A stretch of 64,000 bases of DNA, taken from positions 69,874,001 through 69,938,000 of the forward strand of contig NC_043004.1 in the NCBI RefSeq assembly GCF_006345805.1. The letters are read 5' to 3'. Below are positions 12,258 to 25,175 of this stretch, piece after piece (the stretch's first letter is position 1; every line of letters begins with the position of its first letter). The position numbers and the translations under genes were made by a program. The notes under the pieces were generated by a model. The model was not told the DNA's origin. It did no database searches and saw only the letters and a program-made list of their open reading frames with translations. Source of the DNA: Octopus sinensis. Taxonomy: Eukaryota.

Positions 12258-12520
12258 ATGTGGCTTTGTGGTTAGGGTGTTACACTCGCAGTCTCAAGGT
12301 CTTGTTTTCAATTCCCAGACCTGCGATGTGTTGTGTTGTTGAGCAAAACACTTCATTTTATGTTGCTCCAGTCCACCCTGCTGTAAATGGGTGCCACTGC
12401 AGTGGACTGGCATTCTGTTCAGGAAGAATGTTGGCCTGCTCCTGCCTGGCCAGCTGGGTGGCTCATTCAAAAGCTACAACAACGCAAGGAAGTGTATTGT
12501 AACAAGAGATGTATAACAAC
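12258..12520 (+). mobile_element. SINE family D (degenerate)
   Basis: GTGGTTAGGGTGTT head, then GAGCAAAACACTTCATTT..GTTGCTCCAGTCCAC. Confidence 0.75.
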
Positions 12521-12589
12521 TTCTGATAATCTAGTTGATACTGCAATACAGTAACAGTGATTATTTAATGTATTCCAGCTTTGTTTGTC

Positions 12590-12960
12590 CTCCTCCTCCT
12601 CATCATCATCATCATCATCGTATCATCATCTTCATCATCATCATCATCTTCATCTTCATTTAACATCTGTTTTTCCATGCTGGCATTGGTTGGATGGTTT
12701 AAGAGGAGCTGATGAGCCAGAGAGCAACACAAAGCTCTATTTTCTGTTTTGGTATGGCTTCTACAGCTGGATGCACTTCCTAATGCACAACCGCTTTCTA
12801 GAGTACACTGAGAGCTGTTTGTATGGCTCCAGCACCAGTGCTTTTTATGTGGCACCAGAACCAGTGGGATTGCCAGGTAACTTGCAAGACAAAAGCCCCT
12901 CGACTGTGAAAAGAAAGTTGTATTGTGGGAAGTGACTTTGAGTCAGTTGAGAGGTTATTG
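12590..12960 (-). mobile_element. Repeat family C (degenerate)
   Basis: (CAT)n tail followed by TTTAACATCTGTTTTCCATGCTGGCAT... Confidence 0.7.
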
Positions 12961-13020
12961 TATAATGGAGGGATAGAAAGAGGTTTCATGCTATAAAGGA
13001 GACACTTGATAACTTTTTAA

Positions 13021-13230
13021 CTCTTTAGCGCTTAATCCAGCCCAAATACTCAAACTGTTTTATGTTGAAACTGGTGAGATTCAACCTCTCACATTTACCC
13101 TTGAATGTCATTCTAAAAATAAACAATCACAACATCAAAATTTAAAAGCTATGAGATAATGTATGATTAATACAAGACAATGGGAATAAATAAGCATTAC
13201 ATTTGGCAGAATAATCTGAACACTAAAGGG
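13021..13230. mobile_element. piggyBac-type MITE, second family
   Basis: TTAA-C(T)CTTTAG...CTAAAGGG-TTAA. A partial copy starts near 43991. Confidence 0.75.
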
Positions 13231-13369
13231 TTAAACAGGCCATCTAGGCTTAGGTTATCCAACCACAATCTCATGATCACGAGTACAACACCCTAGCCAC
13301 TAGGTCACACACCTTTACCTTCTACTGCACCAGTTTCACTACTTTTCCAATTTTACCTTAATAACTGTA

Positions 13370-13860
13370 TTACTTCAGAACAGTGGAAAGCTGCAAGCAT
13401 TATTTTCCTGTTGAGAAAGGGCGACTGCACATCACCAGTCAATTACTGTTCAGTCAGTTTCACAAACTATGTCACCAAACTGATGGAGTCCTGTGTTAGA
13501 GAGACACTTGGGAAGAGCTCTAATAACCTTATTGAACCCACACAATTCCAGCTTTTGAGGATAATTCATCAAATCTCTGAAGACAACACCCAAATCACAG
13601 ATTGCAACTCATGGATGGATGTTGTCTACCTTGACTTCACCAAAGCCTTTAATTCTGTACTACACAAACAACTTGTAGCAAAACTCTCTGTAATATGCCT
13701 GACAACTAATCTTTTATAACTGGTTTAAATCTTTCATTCTTAGTTGAGAAGAAGTAGTCATGGCACTGGAACAACATTCTGCACCTCATGTGATGACATC
13801 TGGTGTCCTGCAGGGATCTGTTCTTGACTCCTTTGTTATTTGTTGCATGCATTAAGGAAA
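13370..13860 (+). mobile_element. CR1-group LINE reverse-transcriptase fragment
   Basis: WKAA...KGD...NY..VS.T...KLMES...DVVYLDFTKAFNSVLH, then TSGVLQGSVL. Confidence 0.85.
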
Positions 13861-14130
13861 GAGTTAGTGCCCATCCAAGCTGACTTGGAAGATGTCAGTA
13901 TAATCCTTCAGCACATTTAATCATTTAAGTTAATCTGGGCTGTATGCAAAGTATCACTCTTACGTAAACATATTAGAAACTCAAACAGTCCAACATGGGG
14001 AAACTGCATCAGTTCGCCCTGTCAAGAAAGAACAATGGATGCTAAAAAAATGAATTCAGACTATGCAGAACAGAGTATAATGGAATAAGGTACATCAGGG
14101 CATCCAATCATAGTGGCTAAAAAGCAGTGC

Positions 14131-14268
14131 TAACCAACCACATGGTTCCGGGTTCAGTCCCACTGCGTGGCACCTTGGGCAAGTGTCTTCTGCTATAGCC
14201 CCGGGCCAACCAATGCCTTGTGAGTGGATTCGGTAGACGGAAACTGAAAGAAGCCTGTCGTATATATG

Positions 14269-14302
<34 letters not shown>

Positions 14303-14517
14303 GGTTTGTGTGTCTGTGTTTGTCCCCCTAGCATTGCTTGACAACTGATGCTGGTGTGTTTACGTCCCCGTCACTTAGTGGTTCGGCATAAGAGACTGAT
14401 AGAATAAGTACTGGGCTTACAAAGAATAAGTCCCGGGGTCGATTTGATCGACTAAAAGGCGGTGCTCCAGCATGGCCGCAGTCAAATGACTGAAACAAGT
14501 AAAAGAGTAAAAGAGTA
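14131..14517 (+). mobile_element. SINE family A (5'-truncated)
   Basis: Close match to the other A copies. Confidence 0.9.
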
Positions 14518-14784
14518 ATGCATAACAGCCCATTTGATGCTAAAATGTTCTGGAAATAAATGCATTAAAAACCAGATTTCACTCTCCAGTCAGCTGCCTT
14601 CACAATCCCCACATGTGTCCTTGGTCTGGTGCAACAAGTGCTACAAGCCCAGTAGGGACGCCGGATTTATATGGTATTAGCATTTCTTAGATGAGCAACT
14701 ACAGAGCTGAAGGGCCTCATCTGTCCTGGCTCCTTTGGGGTAACTTTGAGTAATCTTCTTCCAGAGGTAATTCCATGTGGAGAT

Positions 14785-14990
14785 ACACAGCTTAGTGGTT
14801 AGAGTGTTGGACTCATGATTGTAAGATTGTGGTTTCAATTTCTGGACCAGATGACATGCTGTGTTCTTGAGCAAGCCACTTCATTTCATGTTGCTCCAGT
14901 CCACTCAGCTGGCAAAAATAGGTAATCCTCTGATGGACTGGCATCCCATCCAGGTGGGGAATTTATCCACCATTAAACCATGAAACCGTG
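14785..14990 (+). mobile_element. SINE family D
   Basis: GCTTAGTGGTTAGAGTGTTGGACTCATGA head and conserved body. Confidence 0.8.
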
Positions 14991-15699
14991 AAGAAGGTAA
15001 CTTTTTTTTAGAAGTAATTCCATGACATGCAAATTAACCCATAACTGGGCCCCTGGTGAGTGTTACTACTCTGGGTCAGAGTAAACCTCTACACTCTTCA
15101 AAATCCTGGAACTCTGAACCAATGCTCTACTACTGAATGTAGTTTATGGTGACACTCAGAATGCTGGATGCCATCTGGTACTGAATAATCTGTTATTAAC
15201 CTTGAGCGTAGGAAAGAGACGTATCAGATAGAATCAAGCAACTGAGAAAGACATGAAAACTGCTATTTGAAAATATATCTAGCTTGCTATAAAAGTCTTT
15301 AATCTAACTGCATGCTATTGAACATTAATCTTTTGCCCTGAGGCCATTTCTTTTAGACATGATGTACACTCGATACAGAAAAGTTGGTTTTCTTTTTTTC
15401 TTTTTCTTACTGGCTGATTCCATCAATATTTCTAGCAAAGTTGCATAAAAGAATTAAATGGCATGATACAATAACAAAATTGAAAAACCAGATAAAAACC
15501 TGTGACAGCATGATGAGTATCTGTAAAGAGAATTCTGAGGCAAAAAAATAAATATAATAAAATAATACAGAACAAAAAAAAAACAAACAACAAAATACAA
15601 AATATAGTAAGAAAAAAAAAAGCACTTGGAAAATGTCAATACCAAAGATTGACCTTTCAAACCTTTGATTTGTTAGTAATAGGAAAATTTTTCATTCTG

Positions 15700-15712
15700 T
15701 AGCAGAGGATGA

Positions 15713-15746
<34 letters not shown>

Positions 15747-16159
15747 GGTGGTGGTAGAGATAGTGTTTCTTATTGAGGTGATGATGATGATGAGGATGAG
15801 GATGAGGATGAGGAGTTAAAGGAGGAATATTGAAAGATGTGATCTAACAACTGAATGAGATCATTATCATCATCATCATCATCATCATCATCGTCAGTTT
15901 TTTTTTATTATCCACTTTATTAAAGAAAAATCACAATTATCATTACTACCAGCATCATCATCATTATCACAACCACAACCACACCCAACACCACCACCAC
16001 TGCCATTGCTGCCACCACCACTGTCGACTGCTGCCGCTGTCACCACCATCCCTACCTTTGCTGCTGTTGTTGCTGCCACCGCCGCCACCACCACCACCAC
16101 CACCACCACCACCACCACTACTACTGTCACCACCAATGTCATTGTCATCGTTGTTGCCA

Positions 16160-16210
<51 letters not shown>

Positions 16211-16740
16211 CCATCATCATTTCTCATATCCTCCATGTCATCACATGTAACAGCTTAAAACTAGTTCACAGTTGTCATTTTATCAATTAGTTAATTACTA
16301 GCAACTGGATGATCACTACAGGTTTTTCTTCTGTGATAATGGGATAGTCATCAGCTGTTGTTGTTGTTGCTGTTGTTGTTGTTGTTGTTGCTGCTGCTGT
16401 TGCTTAGCCCTAGGTCACTCCACACAAAAGCAGACATCAAGTGTGATCATTGTGTCTCTTTTACAAGTGGCTACTACTACATTACATAACATGCTTATTC
16501 CTAATTGAGTAGGGCAGAGTGTTGTTGTTGTTGTTGCTATTGTTGTAGTTGTTGTTGCTATTGCCACTGTTTCTGTTGTCACTGTTCTTGTTTCTTTTCT
16601 CCTTGTTGCAGCTGCTCCTCCTCCTCCTCTTCTTCTTCTTCTTCTTCTTCTTCTTCTTCTTCTTCTTCTTCTTCTTGCTGTTGAGGTTGTTTCTGCTGCT
16701 GTTGTCATTCAACGTTATCATTTAGCCCTAGAACAGTCTC
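15700..16740. repeat. Mosaic of trinucleotide repeats (GAT, GGT, CAT, CAC, GTT, CTT)
   Basis: Directly visible. Explains the homopolymeric ORFs. Confidence 0.95.
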
Positions 16741-16879
16741 CTTTGAGTATACTTGTTATAAAGCGATATCTCTCTCTTCTCTTGTCCTTTTTTAAAAACA
16801 TAATTCATTAAGAACAATGTCATCTTATTTGTTCTTGAAATGTTTTTCTTACTTAATACAAATATACCTCAGCTGCTAC

Positions 16880-17600
16880 TTCATACAACCTAACTCAACT
16901 ATTATTCCATATGAACCTAGCTGAGCTATTATTATTCCATGTAAGCCTAGCTCATTGTTACTCCATATAAACCTAGCTCAACTGTTACTATCATAAACCT
17001 AGCTGAACTATTACTCCATATAAATCTAGCACAACTATTATTCCATATAAACCTAGCTCAATGGTTATACCATATAAACCCTAGCTCAACTGTTTGTCCA
17101 TATAAACCTAGCTCAACTGTTACCCCATATAAATCTAGCTCAACTATTATTCCATATAAACCTAGCTCAATGGTTATACCATATAAACCCTAGCTCAACT
17201 GTTTGTCCATATAAACCTAACTCAACTGTTACTCCATATAAATCTAGCTCAACTATTATTCCATATAAACCAAGCTCAACAGTTATTCCATATAAACCCT
17301 AGCTCAACTGTTACGCCATATAAACCTAACTCAACTGTTACTCCATATAAATCTAGCCCAACTGTTATTTCATGTAAACCCAAGCTCATCCAGGCTCAAC
17401 TGTTATTCTATATACAGCCAAGTTCAGCTACTATTCCATATAAAGTCACCTCAGCTGTTATTTCATATAAACCTATTTTAACTTTGACTCCATACAAATC
17501 TACCTCAGTTCTAGCTCCATATTCAATCTGGTTCAACTATTATTCCATATAAACCTAGCTCAATTGTTACTCTGTATAAACTGACATGAACTGTAACTCT
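16880..17600. repeat. Satellite array of a ~27-bp monomer (ATAAACCTAGCTCAACTGTTACTCCAT), about 26 diverged copies
   Basis: Monomer visible throughout. A 4-mer block recurs at 109 bp (ATGGTTATACC at 17061 and 17170). Confidence 0.92.
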
Positions 17601-18015
17601 GTAAAGATCTGTACCAGTCCTCAGCCTCAATTGAAGCTGAATTTTTTTTTTTTTTTGCTGCAATTAGGAAAATTTCCTAAACAAAATTCAGATCGTTCAA
17701 ATTGAGTGATGCTGACTGACAAATTAAAACTTGCTGATCGCTAATCAGTTAAGCTTTGATTAAGCTAACTCAGCTTAGATTAGATCTGAGAGCTAAAAAA
17801 AGAAAGGCTACAAACTGACAGACAAGACAGAACAGAGAACAGAATACTTCTGTGCATTCATCTCAGAAGCTATCCACTGACAGCTAATGCAAAAAGCCAG
17901 ATTCATCAAATACAAAGATTCTAAAACATGAGTGATCTACCTCTTGCTAACAATAAGGGCTACATTATAGCAATCATTTCATTTGTAATCATTTGCACTT
18001 CCTCCTCCTCTCTCT

Positions 18016-18056
<41 letters not shown>

Positions 18057-18084
18057 AGAAAAAAGCAACAAGAATGGATTAGTT

Positions 18085-18175
18085 TTTCAGTACAATTGTT
18101 TCATACGAAGAACAGCTTTATTAAAAGCTGCAAATATTGCAGCAAATACAAGTGTCCCGTACTCATCAGCCAAAA
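18085..18175 (-). ncRNA. Type I hammerhead ribozyme motif with intact catalytic core
   Basis: UUUUGG-CUGAUGA-GUACG...CGUAU-GAAAC-AAUU-GUA-CUGAAA. Stem I 6 bp (2 GU), stem II 5 bp plus a GGACA/UGUUC extension, self-complementary stem III ACAAUUGU, GUA cleavage triplet. Confidence 0.8.
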
Positions 18176-18423
18176 CACATATGAGTTTTTATATATATAA
18201 CACATATGAGTTATATATATATATATATATATAATACAAATAAGAAAATGGAGAAACAAATTCAGTTTGTTCATCAACTTACGGATATTATAATGTTGGA
18301 TTATTTATTCATTTTACAAATGAGAACATCAAAAGCATACAAGAATATTATATAAATCAATAGATAAGATAATAATACAAATACAGATTTTAATAGTCAT
18401 ATTATGAATTATTGAAATCCAGA

Positions 18424-18466
18424 AATTACTTCTTACAGCTGTTTCAGCCTATGGTCAAAAGTAATT
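18424..18466 (-). ncRNA. Degenerate hammerhead-like motif (3' half intact)
   Basis: AAUUACUU..CC-AUA-GGCU-GAAAC-AGCU-GUA-AGAAGUAAUU. Palindrome ACAGCUGU; the CUGANGA half is largely lost. Confidence 0.4.
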
Positions 18467-18577
18467 CTAATTTTCATTGCCTACAGATGTCAACATACTA
18501 AAGTTGTAGGCATTTAAAAAATATTTGGATAAATGATATCCCATAGTGGGTTACACCGATAACCCCTATCTTACTTT

Positions 18578-18617
<40 letters not shown>

Positions 18618-19693
18618 TAATAAATAAAACATATGCATATATATATACATATATGTACGTACATACCTCTACATGTATATATACACGCATATATGAGTAC
18701 AGGACACCAAAAATACGTCGAACACAATGAGAAACGAAAACATAGACACAAACCCAAGGAACTGGACATTTTTCTTAAACAACAAAAAAAACTAGAGTAC
18801 AGGACAAATAACACAAGGAAAATTCCCCTTCTTCAGTCGCCATGGTCTCATCTACTCTACGTTTCGAAGGTGAAGGCGATACGCATCTTCGATAGAAACT
18901 TTCCTTCCTGCGAAAAGCAAATTAAATAAAATTTGAGATCTTTTTGCGGAGGGGTAAAAATGGTAACAAAAACAGGACAGTAACGACAGTACAAAATATA
19001 AACAGTAAAAGACAGGACAAGGAGAATAACAAGACAAGAGGGGCTGTTAAGCCGAACAAGAAAAAGTATTACGAACGCTATTTCTGTGGACAGCGAAGGG
19101 GGCAAAGAAAATTGCCGTCCACACCTCAAGAAGGTCAGGCGAGAAAGAAGGTGGCAAGGCTCTTGTCACAGGTTAACGGTGGGAGGGAGGAGGAGGAGGA
19201 GGAGGAGGAGGAGGAGTAAGAGAAAGGGAGAGAAGAAAGGGGAATGATTGTGAGGAAACCAGAAAGAATGAAGAATGAGAGAGAGGGAGAGAGTGAGAGT
19301 GAAGAATGAGAGAGAGGGAGAGACAGTTAAGTAGAAGAAAAGGAAATCAAAGAATGAAGGCTGAGAAAGGGAGGGGACATGAATACACGCAGACACACAT
19401 CTTTTGGCTTTTACTTGTTTCAGACATTAGACTGCTTCCATGCTGGTGCACTGCTTTGAAGAATATCAGTTGAACAAATCAATTCTAGTACATTTCTTTT
19501 TTAAAGCTTGGTACATATTCTATCAGTTTCCTTTTCCCAACTGCTAAGTTATGGGGGCCATAAATGCACCAACAGCAGTTGTCAAGCAGTGGTGGGTTGG
19601 GTGGGACAAACACAGATGCCAAGACACACACAGATAGATATATATACACACAATGGGAAGCAAACTCCTTACCACACAGCCATGCCTGTGCCG

Positions 19694-19726
<33 letters not shown>

Positions 19727-19966
19727 ACCACAGAAACTGTTCAACAATGTTGTACTATAAACTAAGCTTTCTGATATTACTCGTTTTCTTTTCTTTGGAC
19801 AATCATGTCCAATACAAGCTTTTAACAATAAACAGTTGATGAATTGAAAATGGATGATTACACTTCTTATTCAGCAAAACTTTCCATTCACCCAAACTCA
19901 TCTCACTGTAAATGTGATAACATTCATGACTTATGGTTAATATTCTACCTTAACTATTACTCCACC

Positions 19967-22345
19967 CACAAACCTAGCTCAACTGTTACTCCACCCACAA
20001 ACCAAGCTCAACTGTTACTCCACATACAAACCTAGCTCAACTGTTACTCTATACAACCTAACCAAACAGGTAATTCTTATAAACCTGGCTCAACTTATTC
20101 TCCTTATAAACCAAGCTCAACTGTTACTCCACATACAAACCTAGCTCAACTGTTACTCTATACAACCTAACCAAACAGGTAATTCTTATAAACCTGGCTC
20201 AACTTATTCTCCTTATAAACCAAGCTCAACTGTTACTCCATATACAAACCTAGCTCAACTGTTACTCTATACAACCTAACGAAACAGGTAATTCTTATAA
20301 ACCTGGCTCAACTTATTCTCCTTATAAACCAAGCTCAACTGTTACTCCATATACAAACCTAGCTCAACTGTTACTCTATACAACCTAACCAAACAGGTAA
20401 TTCTTTAAACTGGCTCAACTATTCTCCTTATAAACCAAGCTCAACTGTTACTCCACATACAAACCTAGCTCAGCTGTTACTCTATACAACCTAACCAAAC
20501 AGGTAATTCTTATAAACCTGGCTCAACTTATTCTCCTTATAAACCAAGCTCAACTGTTACTCCACATACAAACCTAGCTCAACTGTTACTCTATACAACC
20601 TAACCAAACAGGTAATTCTTATAAACCTGGCTCAACTTATTCTCCTTATAAACCAAGCTCAACTGTTACTCCATATACAAACCTAGCTCAACTGTTACTC
20701 TATACAACCTAACCAAACAGGTAATTCTTATAAACCTGGCTCAACTTATTCTCCTTATAAACCAAGCTCAACTGTTACTCCATATACAAACTAGCTCAAC
20801 TGTTACTCTATACAACCTAACCAAACAGGTAATTCTTATAAACTGGCTCAACCTATTCTCCTTATAAACCAAGCTCAACTGTTACTCCATATACAAACCT
20901 AGCTCAACTGTTACTCTATAAACCTAACCAAACAGGTAATTCTTATAAACCTGGCTCAACTTATTCTCCTTATAAACCAAGCTCAACTGTTACTCCACAT
21001 ACAAACCTAGCTCAGCTGTTACTCTATACAACCTAACCAAACAGGTAATTCTTATAAACCTGGCTCAACTTATTCTCCTTATAAACCAAGCTCAACTGTT
21101 ACTCCACATACAAACCTAGCTCAGCTGTTACTCTATACAACCTAACCAAACAGGTAATTCTTATAAACCTGGCTCAACTTATTCTCCTTATAAACCAAGC
21201 TCAACTGTTACTCCATATACAAACCTAGCTCAACTGTTACTCTATACAACCTAACCAAACAGGTAATTCTTATAAACCTGGCTCAACCTATTCTCCTTAT
21301 AAACCAAGCTCAACTGTTACTCCATATACAAACCTAGCTCAACTGTTACTCTATACAACCTAACCAAACAGGTAATTCTTATAAACCTGGCTCAACTTAT
21401 TCTCCTTATAAACCAAGCTCAACTGTTACTCCACATACAAACCTAGTTCAGCTGTTACTCTATACAACCTAACCAAACAGGTAATTCTTATAAACCTGGC
21501 TCAACTTATTCTCCTTATAAACCAAGCTCAACTGTTACTCCACATACAAACCTAGCTCAGCTGTTACTCTATACAACCTAACCAAACAGGTAATTCTTAT
21601 AAACCTGGCTCAACTTATTCTCCTTATAAACCAAGCTCAACTGTTACTCCATATACAAACCTAGCTCAACTGTTACTCTATACAACCTAACCAAACAGTT
21701 AATTCTTATAAACCTGGCTCAACCTATTCTCCTTATAAACCAAGCTCAACTGTTACTCCATATGCAAACCTAGCTCAACTGTTACTCTATACAACCTAAC
21801 CAAACAGGTAATTCTTATAAACCTGGCTCAACTTATTCTCCTTATAAACCAAGCTCAACTGTTACTCCACATACAAACCTAGCTCAGCTGTTACTCTATA
21901 CAACCTAACCAAACAGGTAATTCTCATAAACCTGGCTCAACTTATTCTCCTTATAAACCAAGCTCAACTGTTACTCCACATACAAACCTAGCTCAACTGT
22001 TACTCTATACAACCTAACCAAACAGGTAATTCTTATAAACCTGGCTCAACTTATTCTCCTTATAAACCAAGCTCAACTGTTACTCCATATACAAACCTAG
22101 CTCAACTGTTACTCTATACAATTTAACCAAACACGTAATTCTTATAAACCTGGCTCAACTTATTCTCCTTATAAACCAAGCTCAACTGTTACTCCATATA
22201 CAAACCTAGCTCAACTGTTACTCTATACAACCTAACCAAACAGGTAATTCTTATAAACCTGGCTCAACCTATTCTCCTTATAAACCAAGCTCAACTGTTA
22301 CTCCATATACAAACCTAGCTCAACTGTTACTCTATACAACCTAAC
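19967..22345. repeat. Homogeneous 109-bp tandem array (~22 copies), each unit made of four ~27-bp subunits
   Basis: CCAAGCTC recurs at 20111, 20220 and 20329. Subunits of 28+27+26+28 bp are related to the 16.9-17.6 kb monomer. Confidence 0.97.
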
Positions 22346-22574
22346 ACAACTCGTTGTTCCTAAATATGTTTAACTTAAGCTAAGCTATTCACCTATTTAT
22401 GAAAACATGATCTACTCCTCATTTCGATCATATTAATTATCAAATATTGCTCTACTTTATCTTATTTTAAACAATAACATTTGAAACAACACTTGTCAGT
22501 AATTGTGACATGATAATTGTAATGTTATAATCCAGAGAACTTTGAAATAGAAAAATGCACTTAAAAACACATAT

Positions 22575-23060
22575 ACAAAGTCTGATCAAAAAGTATTGAG
22601 GCTGTTGCTATGGTAACGGAGCTAAATCATGCAGGGAAAAGCCACTTGGCATAGCTTGACCTTGAACTCTGTCATGCACGTACACCAAGTTATAATGTTC
22701 TCGCTCACATCCTGTGTTTATAGCAGTGCTTGGAAGTAAAGTGTGTAGAGTGCAGTCATCTCACAACACTACAGAGATTCCATCAGTGACCATGGCAGAG
22801 AAAAATATATGCGTGCAGGTGTGTGTGTGAGTATATGGTGTGTGTGTGAGTGTGTGCACGGAAAGAGACACAGCTCGAAGGCTATTACAGGTAAGAATTT
22901 TTCTAAAAGTCAAATCCAACTTGAAAGGAACAAGATTTCAAGATGTTGAGGATAGCTGCTCACTATCCCTGAAAAAGTGTTCCAGGAATGCTTCTGTCAA
23001 TGGAAACAATGCTAGATAAAGTGGGTGACTTGAGAAGACTATTTCAAAAGAGATTAATGG
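22575..23060 (+). mobile_element. Internally deleted mariner derivative
   Basis: TA-CAAAGTCTGATCAAAAAGTAT TIR-like start. C-terminal FLKVKSNLKGTRFQDVED...IPEKVFQECF.QWK...DYF. Confidence 0.7.
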
Positions 23061-23479
23061 CTGAATTGAGATGTGTCACAGTATTCTTTTTACAGCACCA
23101 GTTGGTGAGATGTTGTGTTATCATTATCATATGTCCAGGTGTAAAATGCACCTCTTCAGGTGATTGTTTAAATAAGTCCTTAGATACTACTGTCATTTCA
23201 CTCAGTGTGAGAATGCATATCCACTTTAAACAGCATCTCACCAATGGTGTAAAAGTGTGTCAAAACAATTACAGCAATTTTTAATTAAAGAAGGCCATTC
23301 ATTCCACTTTCTATCAGTTCTCTGTTTATAAAAGCACTATGGATACTATGGAATTCCTGATATATGTCCAGTAGCAGGAGTATTTCCACTGTATAATGAT
23401 ATCAGATAACTGTGATGATATCAATATGATGATATTAATAACTTACAAAGCATTCTACAATCTTATTTACCTATATATA

Positions 23480-24306
23480 TCTCTTATTATAAAAGGCAGA
23501 TTTTATCTGCCTCCCTTTGTCTCTTATAGAAATCTACAATATAGGATTTCTTCAATTACAATTTACCTAGCATTTTTAAGAGTAGAATGCATCGGGTCGT
23601 GCCAGGTCCAGTTTTTAAAATTTCAACCCCAATTAAGCAAAATTTAGAGAAAACTCACATTGTGGTGTGTAAGTGAAGTGCTTTTCTTAGTGTGGGCTAC
23701 AGCACACACACACGCACACACACACAAACAGAGCGAACTGCTTCACTGACGCTATCACCCTAATTTCTCCTCCTTTCTCTTTACAAGTGTGCAACGATTA
23801 AAGTGAAAGTAATTCACTTTTTGTAGTGAGTGACTGAGAGAGAAAAGAGAGACAGAGGTTATGTATGTATATATGTATGTATAGCTTCAGTGACACACAC
23901 ACAAAAACACATACCTACGTACACCTAAAGCACGCACACACACACACACAAGCGGAGCGCGAACTTCAAAAGAACTTCGCGCGCTATCTATCTGGTTTGC
24001 CATTCCTCACACACGCGCAGCCACATACATATATGACAGTGACAAACACAAACGTTTCAAACAACTACATACATACATATACACATACAGACACGTGTGT
24101 GTTTGTTATTTGTAAAAAAGGCGCCAAACACAACTCGCTTCTCATTCGAACACATTTGCAAAAGCACGCCGACGGTCGAATTGCCATAACAATACAGAAA
24201 AGGTAAATTGGTTTTTAATTTACTTTCTGTCGTTAAATTTTGGTAGTATTAATTGGCGAGCGTACTTCTGTTGTCAATTGTTGACAGAAAGAAATTGTAA
24301 GCTAAG
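23480..24306 (+). mobile_element. Probable non-autonomous Helitron-like element
   Basis: A^TCTCTTATTATAAAAGGCAG 5' end. The 3' end (hairpin then CTAAGT) is uncertain. Confidence 0.5.
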
Positions 24307-24479
24307 TAGGTGTGTGTGTGCATGCACGTGTGTGTGTCTGTGTCTGTGTGTGTGTGTAAGTGTGTGTGTGTAGGAAGTGAAGGATAAAAATATTGCAAGA
24401 AGTGGACAGATGTACATATATACATCCATACATACATGTGTGTGTGTGTCTATGTATGTGTATTAATGTGTGTGTGTTA

Positions 24480-24837
24480 TCTCTATATAAAGCTGAAGTT
24501 GTCTGTGTGCGCCACGTTTGGTAACCTTCAACTAACACTATCTCCTCCGAGACTCTGCGGCACAAGTTGACCAAAATTGAGAGTATGATAGAAGAAGGGT
24601 TGCTCTTCCTTCTGTAGAACATAAAATTCAAATCGGACCATGTTAACACCAAAAATTATTTACATCAAAAAGCTGCTTTTTTCTATGAAAATCCCTATTT
24701 TTTACGATTTTTTCACTGCTGTGTCGCCACTTTTCGGTATATTTCGACCATAAAAATGTTCACAAAATTTTTACTTTTCAAAATTACAATTCCAGCGGGT
24801 CGAAACAAACCCGAGCAACGCCGGGCGATACTGCTAG
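24480..24837 (+). mobile_element. Non-autonomous Helitron
   Basis: A^TC...CCCGAGCAACGCCGGGCGATACTG-CTAG^T. Homologous to 8678-9050 over its length. Confidence 0.88.
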
Positions 24838-24841
24838 TATA

Positions 24842-25175
24842 TCTCTAAATATAAACAGTAAAATGTTTGTCTGTCTGTGTGTGTCCTTTATACAAATCCA
24901 CAATTTTTCAGTTAGAGGGCTCGCACTTTCTATGGTCATTCAAAACCGTCCAAGGGTGGTCGTGCACATCTTTACATTTCCCCAGTCACCTCGCAAAGCC
25001 ATTAAAAAATCAATAGAAGTGACTTTTTTGTGAATTTTCTATCTAAAACCCAATCAAAATGCCCGAAACTTGATACGCCAATTGAATGCCAGCTAGCTGT
25101 ATGTGATTGGTCGGAGATTTGGACAGTACTCGCGTGTATGTGCGCACACATGCAGCTGTATATGCATGCACTAGA
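24842..25175 (+). mobile_element. Helitron-like element 5' portion directly following the previous one
   Basis: A^TCTCTAAATATAAAC..TGTTTGTCTGTCTGTG start. 3' end unclear. Confidence 0.55.

Noticed and set aside
14590-14740. GC-richer segment with acceptor/donor-like sites (84-nt phase 1-1 frame)
   Set aside because: No recognisable protein similarity and only a moderate donor. Not distinguishable from chance.
15894-16721. Poly-Q/D/P/K/R-type ORFs
   Set aside because: Trinucleotide microsatellite mosaic.
18830-18900. GAAACGUA followed by CUGAAGA on the minus strand (possible type II hammerhead)
   Set aside because: No stem I can form between the cleavage site and the core.
16880-22345. CRISPR-like regularity or a coding repeat (27-mer has open frames KPSSTVTPY, INLAQLLLH, GVTVELGLY)
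   Set aside because: No unique spacers and a eukaryotic context. The 109-bp period and 1-nt indels break reading frames.
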